Shown piece after piece: positions 44,653 to 58,806 of a stretch of DNA of 64,000 nucleotides. The stretch is from Perkinsus chesapeaki ATCC PRA-425. Its lineage: Eukaryota; Protista; Perkinsozoa. The DNA is taken from assembly GCA_013115145.1 (NCBI GenBank), contig JAAPAO010000024.1, positions 62,001 through 126,000 on the forward strand, in the 5' to 3' direction. Within the stretch, counting starts at the first letter, position 1; every line of letters starts with the position of its first letter. Under the pieces are notes generated by a model that worked only from the letters and a program-made list of their open reading frames with translations, ran no database searches and was not told the DNA's origin. Both the position numbers and the translations under genes were made by a program.

Positions 44653-47600
44653 ATGGAGCGTCTCAAAGTTGTCTCGGAGCATGTGGCAGGCCCCGAGAGT
44701 GCCCCAATTCTTTGGCAGCCAAGGGAATCGTATGCCAAGAATACAAAGATGTGAATTCACTCGTTCAGGACGTAACGAGATTTGCTATTGTTAGGCGCAA
44801 GTTTAGGGAGCTCGTTAAGCAGAAGTTCGACAGTAATGTTGATAGCTATGAAGCACTTCATCATTGGTCAGTTGGAAATCTAGGTAAAGCACGTATATCC
44901 AACTAGGGCGATATTGCTTAATAGGTCTGTTCTGGTCTGTTTGCTGGGACTTTGTTGGTGTGCTAGGAGATAAAGGCACTGTGCCCATTGAAAACGAGCA
45001 CGATATGGTAAGATTGGGAATTCTTGAGGCGGTTTGCAGATGTCTCTAATCCACTAGCATCCTATGTACAACGATCATGCTACTCGGCCTACGGCTCGCC
45101 AGCTGGAACCAGTCATATTTTTCTAGGTTCGTGCCCAGTTTTTCCCTCGAGGTTACATGAATCTAGCGGAGAACTGCCTCCGACCAAGCAAGAACCGCCT
45201 AGCCTGTATCTTTGATGGGGAAGGGCAGACATCCAGTGGGCATCACTAGCAGGTCAGCGCAGTTAGTATTGAGCGTGCCATTTAGGAACTATAACCCGCC
45301 ACGAGCTCCGAGGTATGGTTTCGGTTCTACAACAGGCATTTGCAGCCAAGGGTATAAGCAAAGGCGATAGAGTGAGAATGCATCCACTGATACCCGCAGC
45401 AAGTTTCCTGGTCAGGTGTGTGGCGTAGTGGCTAATACGCCAGAGACGATTGCGGTGATGCTAGCTCTGGCATCGCTTGGAGCTATTTGGAGTAATCTGT
45501 CTCCATTATGTGATGACTCACCATCTTATTTAGGTAGCGTATCGCCAGACTTTGGAGCTTCAGGTGTGGTTGAGAGGTTCGAACAGGTAAGGCTTACCTA
45601 TAGCTATATATAGACTACTGAATAGTTACTAAAGAGCTCTGATAGTACCTGGGCTTTTAGGTATCGCCAAAGATGTTAGTGTTGACGGATGGATATTACC
45701 TAAAAGGCAAATGGATGGGTGAACAAGTAGCGAATAATGCCAAGGATATCGTAAAGCAACTTGGACTCGATAAGAAACTGCCCAATGTTCTGGTGAGTGA
45801 TATTCTTAATTAGTCCATCATATGTACGGTAGTCGTTTCCTTAACGTAATTGTATCGTACAGTAATACGGTAATGTACATGCAAACGGTACATACATTAC
45901 CGTATTATTATATCGGCATTACCGCTCTTGTATATTACTTTGCCCGTGACTCAAGTACGGCCCTGTGGTAGGTCCTCCCTTTTAAGCGATCCGGTGCGAA
46001 GAGTACCATGTTGCCATACCAAACCCTACGAACGTTCGTACGTGGGTTCAAACCGCGGCGTGTTCAATTCGCCAAGACTTCTTTCAATGATCCAGTGTTC
46101 ATAATGTTCTCCAGTGGAACGACAGGGAAACCGAAATGTAAGCCCCAGCTCGGGAAGGAGGGCACTGCTCTGAGCTTTCATCCTCAATCCTAATAAAGTG
46201 CCAGCTAAGTAATCCTAATAGTACTCAATTTCTGTGGAGGGATGCCCATGATACACTGGGTGGCTTGTTAGGCATTGTCCACAAGCATGGATGCCTGCTA
46301 CAGTTAATGAAGGAGCATCAGCTTCACAGCGATATCCGTCCTGGTGATAAAGCCTTGTAATATCCTCGGCGCATCTGCAAGGAGGTCTGTAGCTCTCAGT
46401 TACTACACGACGACAGCGTGGATGATGTGGCAATGGCTGACGACCATGTTGGCTTCTGAGGCTACTATAGTGTTGTACGCCCCTCTCTGGTTGCTGTGAT
46501 GAACGTTGAGTTTCCAGGTACGATGGCAACCCTTTTTATCCCACACCAGCCGTGCTACCCCAGCTATGCAGGAAGCACGGAGTGAAGTTCTTCGGAGTAT
46601 CTGCAAAGTGCGTATTGGCCTTGCCGGCTTTTGTATGTTAGAAATTCCAGATACATAGACGCCCTTCGTAAGGCAATCCAGCGCGATCCTAAGCTACTAC
46701 CGAAACTGGACATGCACCGAGTTAGGACTTTGGCTAGCACAGGCGAGCATCATCTGTTCGCACGTGGCATTACGCTTTAATAGGTTCACCACTAGTACCT
46801 GAGAGTTTTGACTTCTTATATCGCCATTGGCCCCACATCTGCGTATCGTCCATAAGTGGTGGGACGGATATAGTTAGCTGCTTCATGCTGGGCAATCCTG
46901 ATGGGCCTGTGAGGTAGGCACGGGAAGCAATCACTATGGATTCGTCTTCACTTCATGCCCGCCTGGTTCCTCTTCTTCCCTATATTGTTGCTTAGGCGAG
47001 GGCAACTTCAATGTCGCGGCCTTGGGATGGCTGTAGAAGTCTGGAATGATGACGGACGCCCCGCCGGACCTGGTGTTACAGGCGAGCTCGTCTGTAAGAC
47101 AAAACGGCTTCGTTTGTCCGGGCAAGGTCCTCCGATATAGGTACGAAGCCGTTTCCATCTCAGCCTTGGGGTTTTTGGGGTGACGATGAGAAACAAACCA
47201 AGTAAGTGGCGAACAGTTACGCTTCGACCTCCGCGCTCTAACTACAGAGCGGCTTGAGCTTCCGCTAGGATGTGGCTCGCACGGCACTTCAGCTGCTACT
47301 AGGTATCGTGTAGCATACTTCGACAGCAACTTTGGGCCCAATGTGTGGTATCATGGTGATTTCTGTGCTCTCTATGCCGAAGGTGAGAGAGGACAGTATA
47401 CTACTGCTACTACCTGCTACGGATATTCATTGCTTGTCGTCAGGCGGGCTTGCAGTTTTTGGGCGGAGTGATGCGACACTCAACCCTGGAGGCGTCCGAA
47501 TCGGTACAGCTGATATCTACAAAGTGGTCGAGCATATGCCCGAGGTAATTAATTCTTATTCTCTGCTATACGAGCCGCACACCCGCCTTACCTTGCCGCA

Positions 47601-47953
47601 GATCACTGAGGCTCTCTGCTGTGGAGTAACTCGAGGTGGCGACGTCATCATAGCTCTGTTCGTAGTCCCCCACAGCGGGGTCACAGTGGATAATGATCTA
47701 CGAGCTAGAATACGGAGGGAAATACAGTCGAGCTGCACACGGCACCATGTAGGTTGCCGAATAGTTGCTGCTGTATTGGGGCTCATGCCAGGTCCCTGGA
47801 ATTATTGAACAAGTATCGGACATTCCGCGAACCAAGAACGGCAAAATTGTAGAGTTGGCCGTCCGTGAAGTTCTTCATCATCGTAAAGTTAAGAACGTGA
47901 GCGCGTTGGCTAATCCAGAAGTTCTAAAAGAGTTTGAGAAGTTTGCGATCTGA
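44653..47953 (+). CDS. AACS: Acetoacetyl-CoA synthetase (many exons)
   Basis: PILWQP; GAIWSSVSPDFG; [14 protein letters not shown]; [10 protein letters not shown]; [12 protein letters not shown]; [16 protein letters not shown]; [13 protein letters not shown]; ALANPE. Confidence 0.92.
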
Positions 47954-48230
47954 TCTTATTAATGATTCCATAGCCTGTTCCACGGAAAGTGAGGTTTCGA
48001 TCATTCTGCAAAGGTATTGTGTAATGCATTGGGATATTGAAAAGGCTTTCAGCGATAGATTATTGTATAGGTTCACATTGGTGGGAGTGTTGAAGCGTCG
48101 CATCTGTCGAGTTACTACCTTGCTTTTAGCATCCAACCTTTTGTTTGACTCCGTGACCTGCTTTTACTGTAGTCCTGCCTTCGCGTCCTGTAGTATCTTC
48201 TTGGCAGTGTGTGTGTTTTCTACCTCTTCG

Positions 48231-50395
48231 ATGCTCTTGTACACCCTCGTCGCTATTTCCTTTGGGCTTAAGTCCGCTCGTGCCATTGAGGAGATAACAA
48301 ACACCACTGCAACTCCGGCTCCTAATCCCTGGTTCTATGTTATGGTAAGGCTATACAATAAATGCCCACTATACCCCGGATATCCTTTTAATCATTTAAG
48401 GTTATCGATGCCGGCTCCAGCGGTTCCCGTATGAAAGTATTCCAGTACCGCCTTCCTTCCCCAGTGGTGAACTCGAGTGCATCGGACCCAATCGACCGAT
48501 ATATCGTCTGTAAGCATACGTATTCATGTCGCGTAAATTCACGATGGCTCTGGAACACCCTCTCCCACATCTTTGACTGGCCTCGCTGCTTTCGCGTATG
48601 TAGTCCTCCTGCTGTGTACATTAGGCAGCCTGCATTGGATTTGCTGTCTGAACACCACCTTCTCAGTCCCCGAACTAATCGGCTCTTTCAAGACGTCCCC
48701 TGGAATATCATATTCGGCTTTGGCACCAAGTGGTGTAGTAAAGTCTCTCCTGGCTCTGATAGAGTATGCTAAAGGCCGCCTTGCTGCAGTAAAGCCTTTC
48801 TGGAAGTACTACCCTGTCTATCTCAGAGCCACAGCAGGTAAGATCTACACCGCAGCATGGGGACTATTTCAGCTTCATAGGAATGCGAGATGTCGTGCCG
48901 GCTCGGCGGGATGCATTGATGACCGAGTGCATCCGCTACTTGAAAGAGACGCCTTTCTACTTCCGGGAGGACTATGCACAAGTCCTATCAGGTGTGCCGT
49001 CTAACGAACCTCACTAAGGCAGTTGGTGTCAGGCGAGGAAGAAGCTGCCTTCGGTTGGCTATCTCTGAATGCTGACAACCGCACCTTGGCTGGCTATGAT
49101 CAGGACGCTAGTCTTGGTTGGTTAGATATGGTAAGGCTCTTCCAGACTCTCTTAGTCGATGCCACTTTGCAGGGTGGGGCATCTTTCCAAGTCGCTTTCG
49201 TACCGACCAGAACTCATTATGTACTACAGAATCTATTTCCTATGGCCCTATCACCCAATGGCTATTCTTCGATACGGTAAGGTTCGGGTCTCAAGAGGTC
49301 GGCCCGCTAGGGAATGAGTGGGACGTTGACTGTCAGTGTTCGGTGTTCAGATTGTATACGAAGTCCTACCTCCACTATGGCTTGGTGGAAGCCAACAGGC
49401 GAGTTAGCGCAGCTATTATATCCAAGGAGCTCCTAAGGGTAGTTGTTGTTTTTCGTTCACCTTTATTGGTACTCTGTCGATAGGTTGACTCGGTCTCAAC
49501 GATTAACAACCCTTGTTACTTTGCTGGAATGGACTATCAGCCAGACTTCGCTACTGCACTCTTCCAAATACCATTGGCTGTTGTGATGCGTGGAACTGGT
49601 GATTTCGGTGAGTGTCTCAGACAGCTGTCGAGCAGTATGGGTTGTCTTCAGATAAATGCGCTACACTGGTGCGACATCTATTCGGTTCGAGTACTACAAT
49701 CTGTTGGGTTAGAGATTGTACGTTTGACGGTGTCTATCAGCCTAGAATTGACAACACACGTTTTGTTGCAGTGAGCAACTTTGCGGCGGTAAGACTGTAT
49801 CACATTCTTCTCGAACTGGCCACTGAAGTCCATTGTGGCGGCTCAGCTGCAGGGGTTCAGCACTTCCGTGTTGTGGCTGTAATCCTTCAATAGGTTGCCG
49901 ACTCACTTGGTCTCCATACTACAAGCAGCTTGGAAGAATGGCACCAGGCAGCTCGGCGGGTGTGCTCGATGCCATACGATAAGTTCACAACTGAATATTC
50001 TCATGTGAAGCAGCCACGTCGTGATGGGCTCTGCTTCGACTCGACGTACCTTTACGTCTTGCTCAATGAGGTGGGTTCCTCCGTGAGAGCGAATTACCTT
50101 GGTTATTTTTTTCAGTTCCTAAAATTTGGCTCGGCAGCTAATACAACTTTGGAGTTCAGAAAGCATACTCGGTCCGGTGTAGAGCTTGACTGGACATCTG
50201 GAAGCGTGACGTTTACTGTAGGGTGTTGCCTGATAAGGTCTCTGTGATACCTTCACCGGCTTTCAGGCCAGTGCTACACCAACTGCGACAATCCCTGCTT
50301 ACAGAAAAGCAGTTCATTTGGCCTCCCTCAAAAGGGAGGAAGGGTTCATGGGCAAGATGACCGATGCGGTAACTCACAATGCACCGACCGCCTAG
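48231..50395 (+). CDS. GDA1/CD39 family apyrase (NTPDase), predicted secreted
   Basis: Apyrase conserved regions VIDAGSSGSR, YLRATAGMR, SGEEEAAFGW, LDMGGASFQ and DWTSG. Confidence 0.92.
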
Positions 50396-50499
50396 CCAGT
50401 GAAATGCAGCGTGCCGCTTATCGTTCGCTCTAGATTATATATGCAATTCACAGTGGCGGATGGAGCATAGTTTTTTCCTATCTCCACTGTCCTGGTGCA

Positions 50500-51175
50500 G
50501 CCTACTATATGCTCTAGCAACCTTCGGCAAACGTATCAATCTCTACAGGACTTTCCGGGTCAGATATTTGCAGTATATCATTAGGCATTGAACGCTACAT
50601 TTGGAGAAGTGGGGCTGCAAGGTGTCGGCACCTTCCTTGAGGATGAGATATTCCCACCATATTATAACGGTGATGAGTTAGATGAGGAGATGGAGTTTGA
50701 GGAACTACTCTTGGCTAAGTACGCTCCATCTGCCATTTGATCCCAGTTGATGTACGCTTCGAAACTTGTTCTTTACCGCTACATGAATGGCATGTCTTAG
50801 ACTGTGTAGTGCGGTAGCAGCAACATGCTTGTCAGACAATCGAATCTGGCGACTTTGCCTGAGATGGATATCGTTACATGATAACGAGAGCCAAATACGG
50901 CCCCCTGTGCAGCGATTGACGACACGAGCGTTGAGCATAGCAGGTTGGGCGAGTATACATCTTACGATGTGAAATATGAAGGCATTTTTGTCTATACGTT
51001 GCGAAAGCAACTGTTATTCTCTTTGGTAGTATTTATTATCAACTGTGTCATGATGCATTATTTGATAATTATCTATTCACATCAACCAATAACAGTACTG
51101 CAAGCCACTGTTCTGAGTGCTCAACCTGTAGAGTTGTCATGTGTCGTAGATGCGCTGATAATCTCGCGCTCGCCC
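50500..51175 (+). CDS. Small uncharacterised spliced gene, possibly F-box-like
   Basis: Exon-like pieces FLEDEIFPPYY, LPLHEWHVLDC and SDNRIWRLCLRW flanked by GT-AG introns. Boundaries unclear. Confidence 0.3.
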
Positions 51176-51222
51176 TGATGATCGATTACTATTTGCCAGC
51201 AGCAGATTTTCTTCTTTGAACC

Positions 51223-52993
51223 ATGGCTGTTGGTCATCTATTGAGCATGCCTATAGTGATTATTAATATGGGTGGTGAAATGATGTAGTGTACTTAACTC
51301 TTATGAGGTTAATGCTGTGTAGAAGCCATCTCTATCATCGTACATTACCGAGCCCTTTTTAAGGAACGTGGACTTGTGTATAGTTGGACAGGTATATATT
51401 GAATCAGCGTCTGCTGGCTCAGAGCATTCCTGATCATAAAAGGTGTAAAGTACTGAGTGATGTTGTTCGGGCGATGTTCGAGAAGTACTACAAAATTGGC
51501 GTAAGGAATGGCAAGGATTCCTTATCAGGTCTTTTATAAAGGAGATGTTTGTCCCACAGGAAATGTAGGCTACACTATGGCAATGTACTGCATTGGGGAC
51601 AGATACTCGACACGATCGTTGCGGCAGTTGTTCGAGCGATTGGTTCATAGCTCGATAATGCGTCTCAACGCGTTGAGCATGGATAAGCTTTTCGATCTAA
51701 TATCCATGGGGCTGAAACTGCAGGTGGGGAGTATGCGGTGGCCGTGGCGGTAAGGAGGTATATGATAGGCTATACGATGCGGTAGATCGGAGGATATGAT
51801 CATGGTAACGATGAATCATATTAATGGTATGAGACAGCTGGTAGAGAATGACAACGAAGTGAGAACTCATTTACGGGCAGGACTGGTACACGGTACCCTA
51901 GGCTCAGCAACGCATAAATAAAGCGGTGGATGGTTTGAGAAGTAACAGTTTGAAGGGATTGGTACTATCTGGACTTCGTGGACTGTTCATGTACATATGG
52001 GAAGCTGCCTGCTAGCGATTTTAACGCATTGAGGCAGACGATCCTGCAGTGTTTCAATAGACGAAGAGTAGGGCTTCTTGGAGAGTATGGAATAGACTTG
52101 AGTACAGATGTTAGGCTAAGATATCTAACTTCCTTCAAGATGGCCTACAAGGGTCAGATGCCTCTATACGTGTTGACAATAATGGCGTACTCCCCTATGG
52201 ATTCGCTAGGCCAGGTTGGATAGGCTGTTTAAATGGATTGGCGAACGTGGGTAGGTACTGTTAAAGAGTATACCAAAGGTGAGGTTACCCAAGTTAAAGA
52301 AGTGGATATCTTTTTGAAGAATAACTGGATGTAATGGTATCGCTTCGGTGCACTCGGACCGTCCATTGGGGGCAACTGTGATGATGCGTAGTGAGTTTAG
52401 GAAGCCCAGGGCTATCGAGCGTGTACAGTTTGAGGTGGATGGAAGTTGGTTCGATCTCGGTATGAATCACTACTCGCTTCCTAAAGAAGGGAATGCGCAT
52501 AAGTGGGGTCGCGCTTACCTCTCTGAAAATGGACATGTGTGTTTCAAGGAAAGAACATAAAGATCCATCGGCACCAGTGAAGCCTACTAGGACTATTGCC
52601 CCACAGGAAAGCTGATCAGTTGACTGACCATGACCGATCTAGCTCTTAGCAGGTTGCGTCGCGAGCCGCTCAGGCAGAACTGTCGATGCTAGCAAACCTC
52701 ATATCCGCGGCGCCCAGCGACAATGAGGGACACCATAAGTTTACGCTGAGGTTGTTCGAGGATACTGAGAAATCTCCAGCTGGTGAAGTGATAGAGGAAG
52801 CTGAAGTGCAACAAGAAGAAGTTGAGACGATATCAGCCGAGGCAGCATCGAGGTGCCTAAGTGCAGCGGTTTGTTGCACATTCCTGTCGCCAGGTCATAT
52901 AGGGAAACACTCAAAGGGCTTGAAGATGATTTAGATGATGCATTTAAGGGGAATGATGGTCTAAGTGATGATGATATTCTAGACCTGTTATAG
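51223..52993 (+). CDS. OSCP1: OSCP1/NOR1 family protein
   Basis: MPIVIINMGGEM; YSTRSLRQLFERLVHSSIMRLNALSMDKLFDLISMGLKLQ; DLGMNHYS; ends DDDILDLL*. Confidence 0.85.
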
Positions 52994-53088
52994 GCATGTC
53001 ATGTTAAGGGTATATTTCTTGTATTATGAAGCCTTGAGTTTAGATATTTTCAAGGTATATGAATCGGCCGATTCTGTCGAATGGTTGA

Positions 53089-56058
53089 ATGTCGGTAGGA
53101 GTCGTCGCTGTGCGTACGTGTGTACGTGTAAGGCCCTTGTCGCCCGACGAGGCAAGAGTTGGTCATGCACCGTGTGTTGATGTGGTCCCCGTTACTGATG
53201 CGAATAACAGCGAGTAATAATACGCTAAGCAGCATTAACACTAAAACACACTTTGCTTCACCTAGATCGGAGTTACAGCTCTCGTTAAGACAGCCGGGGG
53301 AAGGCTCCAGCAGCTCGCCGGAGCTCATTCGCTTCCATTGCTGTCTTGGTCCCGATTCAACTCAGCAACAGGTAGAGAGCATCGAAAGGAAGCTGATATA
53401 CGCTCAACTTTGAGGTGTTCGAACGCTGCGGTGTACGTGATATGTTACATGCTGTTCTTGAGGGGTACAGTGCAGCGGTGATGGCCTATGGTCAAACGGG
53501 AAGCGGCAAAACGCACACAATGATTGGAGACCCTTCAAGGTGAGCTATACGACTATAGGCTTGGACGATGCTTTGCGCAATAGAGGTGATTTGGAAGGAC
53601 TGGTCCACAACTGCGCAAAGGAGCTATTCCGACTTATTAAAGATCTTGGTAGTATGGGGAGGGTCTAAGGTGGCTAGAGCTTCTGGAGAGCTTCTGGGTT
53701 GTCTAGTAGGGGGGATATTTAATAAGATGTCTTTGCGGGCAGTTCATGTGTTACAGGTCGGGATTTAACAGTGCGTGCCTCTTTCCTTGAGTTGTATAAC
53801 GAGAAGCTCAACGATCTCCTAGTCTCGCCCATTGATGGGATGGAAGAGATACAAGATGGTCGGCATCGGCCACTGCTACGTCGCACACAACACCACAACC
53901 AGCTGCGAGTCCGATGTAGTAGGGGTCTCTAAGTGTTACATATGTCCGTCAGCCGAAGATCAAAAGCTTGTTATCGCGGGTGCGTCAGGTAAAGATAAGA
54001 AGTCATTTTATGTAGCAGGACTGAGGAAAATGGACTGTGAAGATACATCGGATGTGCTAACTTTACTAGCTGAAGGGACGGCTAATCGGCAAGTGTATGG
54101 TCATGAGCTTAACAGGCATAGCTCACGGTACTACCATCGGGGCAATGGGAAGAAATGAAGCGATCCGCGAAACTAGCCGTCTGGTGGCAGGTCGCACTGT
54201 CTCTTTACCGTGTATCTATCTAATGGTGGGAAGTTGACATTCGCAGACCTTGCTGGATCGGAGAGGCTAAAACTATCGCGTAGGACAATACGCAAATCCA
54301 TTTCTATAGGGGTAGGGTAGGCACTGAAGATCAGCATAGGAAGGAAACACAGTCGATCAATAAGAGCCTTCTTGCTCTTGGGAAGGTCATTAATGCGCTT
54401 GCTCAACAGGCTGAGTGTAAGGGCTCTGCTATGGAAGGGTTGACATGCCCGCACCTCAGTATTGGGAACATCTCAAGGAGGAGCATCAGGCGATCCAGTC
54501 AGCTCTGCCGCTGCTATTCATGTTCCGTATCGAGACAGCAAGTTAACTCAAATACTAGCAGACTCACTTGGTGGAAGAGGGCTGGCGATGATCATCTGCA
54601 CTGTTAGTCCGGTACACATAATATGCTCCCAGACCGAGAGCTAAATATCGGTATTATGTGGGTAGGCCCAGAGGAACTATGCAGAGACGGTGCATGTACT
54701 GCAGTACGCATTGAAGGCTATGAGTATATGTAATGTACCATTGAGGCTGATGAGTGGTCTGAGATCAATGGCCAACTCTGCGGATGGAGGAACTAATGCG
54801 GAAACCAAAAGGTGCCTTATCGGTAACTGATAGTACTAAACCCTGCCCTTAGGATATTGGAGGATATGCGTGCTGAGGTTGCGAGGCTGAGGGCTGAGAA
54901 TCTAGGCTTCAAGTCTAAGAACCGCGCACTCCAGCGAATGTTGGGAGCAGTTGGGGATAATGCTCAAACCTCAGTGAAGAGCTCCATTCTGCCGCCCATC
55001 CCATCAGGAAAAGGAAAGAAAGTAGCACTGGGCCCAATGGGACAACTGGGTGTCCTAGGCTCAGGCGGTTCAAGGGGCAACATCATTATCACTGACGTCT
55101 GGATCCTCAACTCTAGCGCAGTCCTCTGATAAGAGAAGTACCGTTACTCTACCTCCGATATATAATAGAAGGAATAGAGCTGCCAGCTCTTCAGCACTTG
55201 GCATGTCTCGAAATAGCAGTTGGAGAACGCTCGAGAGGCACTGGCAATTTAGGCGTCTGACGGGGTATGGCCCTGCATCAGTTACTCATACGCGCCGACT
55301 ATCTCCGAGGCAGCCTGGTCAGGCTCAGCCTCCCAGTCGTCAAGCTCCTACGCTGAGGCTACTTTGAGACCAAAGGTAGTGTGGCACCCTATAAGGAGAT
55401 TGCTACTTTATGCGTTGTTATTATCTTAGTCAGTGCCAGTAAAGCCCCGAATAGCAGCGAAGCGAACAAAGGTGGTCGAGAGGGTCCTACAGGATCTCGG
55501 ACGGAGGGATCCTGATGAATGGCGGTTTAACTTCTCTGCGGTGCCTCTCAAACTTGGTACTACTGAGGGTAGAGTACTACGAGAGACGTACTAACTGTAG
55601 ATCTTGACGATGCTGCGGGAGAGGGCACTGGCTCGAGTCGGTCCGATCCGCTCACTGAACGTCTGTTGTCCTCATTGGAAGGGGAGGACCTCCCTTTATG
55701 GCAGCGGCCACGAGAAAGCTCATCCGCTCAGCGACTGCCAGGTTATTCTGTCATTCGTACGATAGGTCGAACGTACATTTGCTCTCAGACACTACTGAGG
55801 ATTCCGGTGATGACGAGGAGCTTAGCTACAGCAAGATCAGCGAAGATTCCCTTGTCAGTGGGGAAAGGTGTGGCGTTTTACTCAAATTCCTGGCTATTGC
55901 ATCACAGGAGTGGAAGGAAGAGAGCTAGCCGTGCATCGCCTGTCACCACGAACAGAGCCACACCAAGTCCGCAGTCGGCAGCATACTCGCCAATTGAAGA
56001 GTGTGCGCTAATACAGGACTCCCTCGATGCAGCGATCATCAAACTCTTAAACCGTTGA
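53089..56058 (+). CDS. Kinesin motor protein, KIF12/kinesin-16-like; 3' end uncertain
   Basis: VRVRPLS; [23 protein letters not shown] (P-loop); LELYNE; LNRHSSR; [10 protein letters not shown]; [13 protein letters not shown]; [10 protein letters not shown]; then coiled coil. Confidence 0.88.
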
Positions 56059-56069
56059 CTATTGTAATG

Positions 56070-56712
56070 TAAAATTAGCATGTATTATTGCGGGGTGGAT
56101 TACTGGAAGGTGTTTCCTACTGTCAAGAGACCTCTTGTGCTCATCCAGAGGTGTGGTGTGCACGATAGGCTTTGGGGGATTTACCGTAATCATGTCGTCA
56201 TCATTACGGCTAACTACGGTATCACCGCGCTTTATCGCCCGACGCAGTACAGCGTGGGCAATGGTCACCGGTCGATCATTCTGTTTTGAGAAGAAGCGGA
56301 CGTACATTTTTAGAAGAGCGGCCCCTTTGGAGAACACAGAAAAGCTGCGAGGCGAAGGTAGTAATGGGTGACTCTGCTGAATACGCGTGGGTCTTGAGTT
56401 GTGCTGTAGATGCTGAGCAGCACTGGCCACCAGGCAATAGGTCGGGGGATCTACAGCTTCCCTCGGAGCTCAATAGGAATCTGTTTGTTTATAACTCTCG
56501 GCATACATGTGGCAGGTGGGGGATGATTGCTGTTGATAGGGTTTGGAGGGCTTTACTAGGAAGCGGTCTACAGTTCTGACGATAACACAGGGTGACAGGA
56601 ACAAGCCGATACTAACATTGAATAGGGAGGAGTTCGAGGGTGTTATGGCTGCCAGAGAGGAAGTTGAGAAAGAGGTTGTCAATTTTGGGAAGAAATTATA
56701 ATAACCGACCAT
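56070..56712 (-). CDS. Possible small spliced minus-strand gene, unknown product
   Basis: Overlapping minus-strand ORFs with GT-AG junctions between two + genes. No family recognised. Confidence 0.3.
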
Positions 56713-56805
56713 GCCTCAATTGTTATTGTTTCTGCTTGTAGTTGTCGTGTTGTGCTTGAAGACGTTCGAGTTTAGATTCGAATGAAGTTGTTTGTTTTTT
56801 AATGT

Positions 56806-58510
56806 ATGGATAGATTCCTTTCCATCACTCGGCGACTAGGACCGACAGCTTTTCTCTCTCTAGGACTGTTCTCTGTCGATCATCATAAGTATTCCCGGTG
56901 TGAGAGCTCCAAGGAACCTCAGCAGGCTGAACGTATATCGATATATGCGATGGGATCTGTTGGACCGTCTCTTGACAAGACACGGCGGGGAGCACAGCGA
57001 CTATCATTCCTCCCGGAGAAGCAGTGGGCTCGCGTTACACTTGGAGAAGAGTTCGGTGGTGCTGTGACGGAAAACGGCGAGGCCTGGGTCTGGAGAAAGC
57101 GCAATGGGAAGAACAATGGCAACAGTAGCCACACTGGCAACGCTGTTGTGCGAGCGGTAACGTTGCCTGGAGAGGTACGGGCGGTTGATGTCCAATCATC
57201 ACAGACTGCACTATGGTTACTGGGTGATGATGGGTATGTCTATATCCTACAGGGTGCGGGTACCAATGGCAACAAGGGTGCAGCTGTTAAGTGTCCGGCT
57301 ATACCGAATGATGTTAAGCTTTCGGCGATATCAGTGAGCGCTGCTCACTTCGTTGGACTTGATCAGGAAGGAGGTGTCTGGTGTTTTGGTAACAATTCTC
57401 GAGGGCAATGTGCAGTTGATCCTGCCCTTCATGGATCACTCCTGATAGCGAAGAAAGTCTCTTTCGGAAAGAAAGGCCGATACGTACGTGAGCCGCGAGC
57501 TATGAAAGTAGCTGCTGGGGAGCGTCATACAATGATCCTAGATGATAATGGCGAGGTCTGGACATGGGGCGATGACACACTCTTACAGCTCGGCCATGGT
57601 GACACCAGGTCAGTACAGCTTCATTGATGCTATCGTTGAGTGTCGATGTAGGTGGGCTGCGAACAGTTCATCTGCCAAGCTCCCCGGAGAGACTATGAAA
57701 GACAAGAAGCCGCCTTCGGGTACTTCTACCTCGCGGCCTCTTGTTACCTATGAGCCATTTGAGACCCACTTGAGATTCACGCCCACCAAGATCGCTGAGC
57801 TTCCTACCGATTTCGATAAACAGCAGACGCAAGAATTATCAGCTAATGTGAGGAGTGTTCATCCTCTTGCACTTCGATAACTATTTATCTCATCCTCAGA
57901 GGTCCGGTCACGCGCCCGAAGATATCTTCGCTGGCTACCGAACTTCATTCCTTGTTATAAATGATACGCCCTTTGATCACATCCCGCACCATGAGCATCA
58001 TGATGCTGTTTATGCCTGTGGTGACAATGAGAAAGGTCAGTGTGGAAGAAGCCTTCAGGTAGGTGTTGAAATATCACCTATCACCACGGGAAGGTTATTC
58101 AGTATCCTCAACAAACGTTTATGCGAGTAAGGTTGCCTAAAAGAATTCAAGTTCAAATGGTACAGTGCAGTAGCAGCCATTGTGCTGCATGGGTCAAACG
58201 GGTTGGGCATACACTTGGTGGTCCAGATGAAGGGCTTGTACGAGATTGGGGTATATACACATGGGGTGAGAATATCGATTCCAAGGTGGGCAGGCCTCCT
58301 TATGTCACTAGTTCTCTGCGTCTTCGAGGGTCAACTCCCTGTGTGAAGTGTAACAGACCCTGTTACTCTTGCATCAGGTATCGACGTCTAGGCGACAGCG
58401 TGATGTAATTTTGCCTCCTCTAGATGTCACTAAGAACTTCCCACGTGGCCGAGCACGATGGTTGGCCACTGGGCCCCATGGCACTGCTGTTATCGTTAGT
58501 GAGCCAATAA
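56806..58510 (+). CDS. RCC1-repeat protein, possible mitochondrial targeting
   Basis: AISVSAAHFVGLDQEGGVWCFGNNSRGQC; VAAGERHTMILDDNGEVWTWGDDTLLQLGHG; YACGDNEKGQCG. Confidence 0.85.
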
Positions 58511-58806
58511 GTCATGCTATCATCGAGGAGGATTCTATATAACCAAGTGCTATTCGCGTATGGTGTATGTTAGTTTGTTACATGTACCATGTATGTTACT
58601 ATTACCAGTTATCATTACTGTTGATATGCCAGTCGCAAATAAGATTGCCCGGACTATGGTGTACTCAGTACACTGTACTGGCCATTTCCGCATCGCATCT
58701 TTCATTATGAAATCAGTTCGTATGCTATGCTAGTTAAGTTGATGGATCGAGGTGCTTGATGTGATGGAAGTATCGTCGTCCATTGCAGTTTTAACTTGTC
58801 CTTTTC

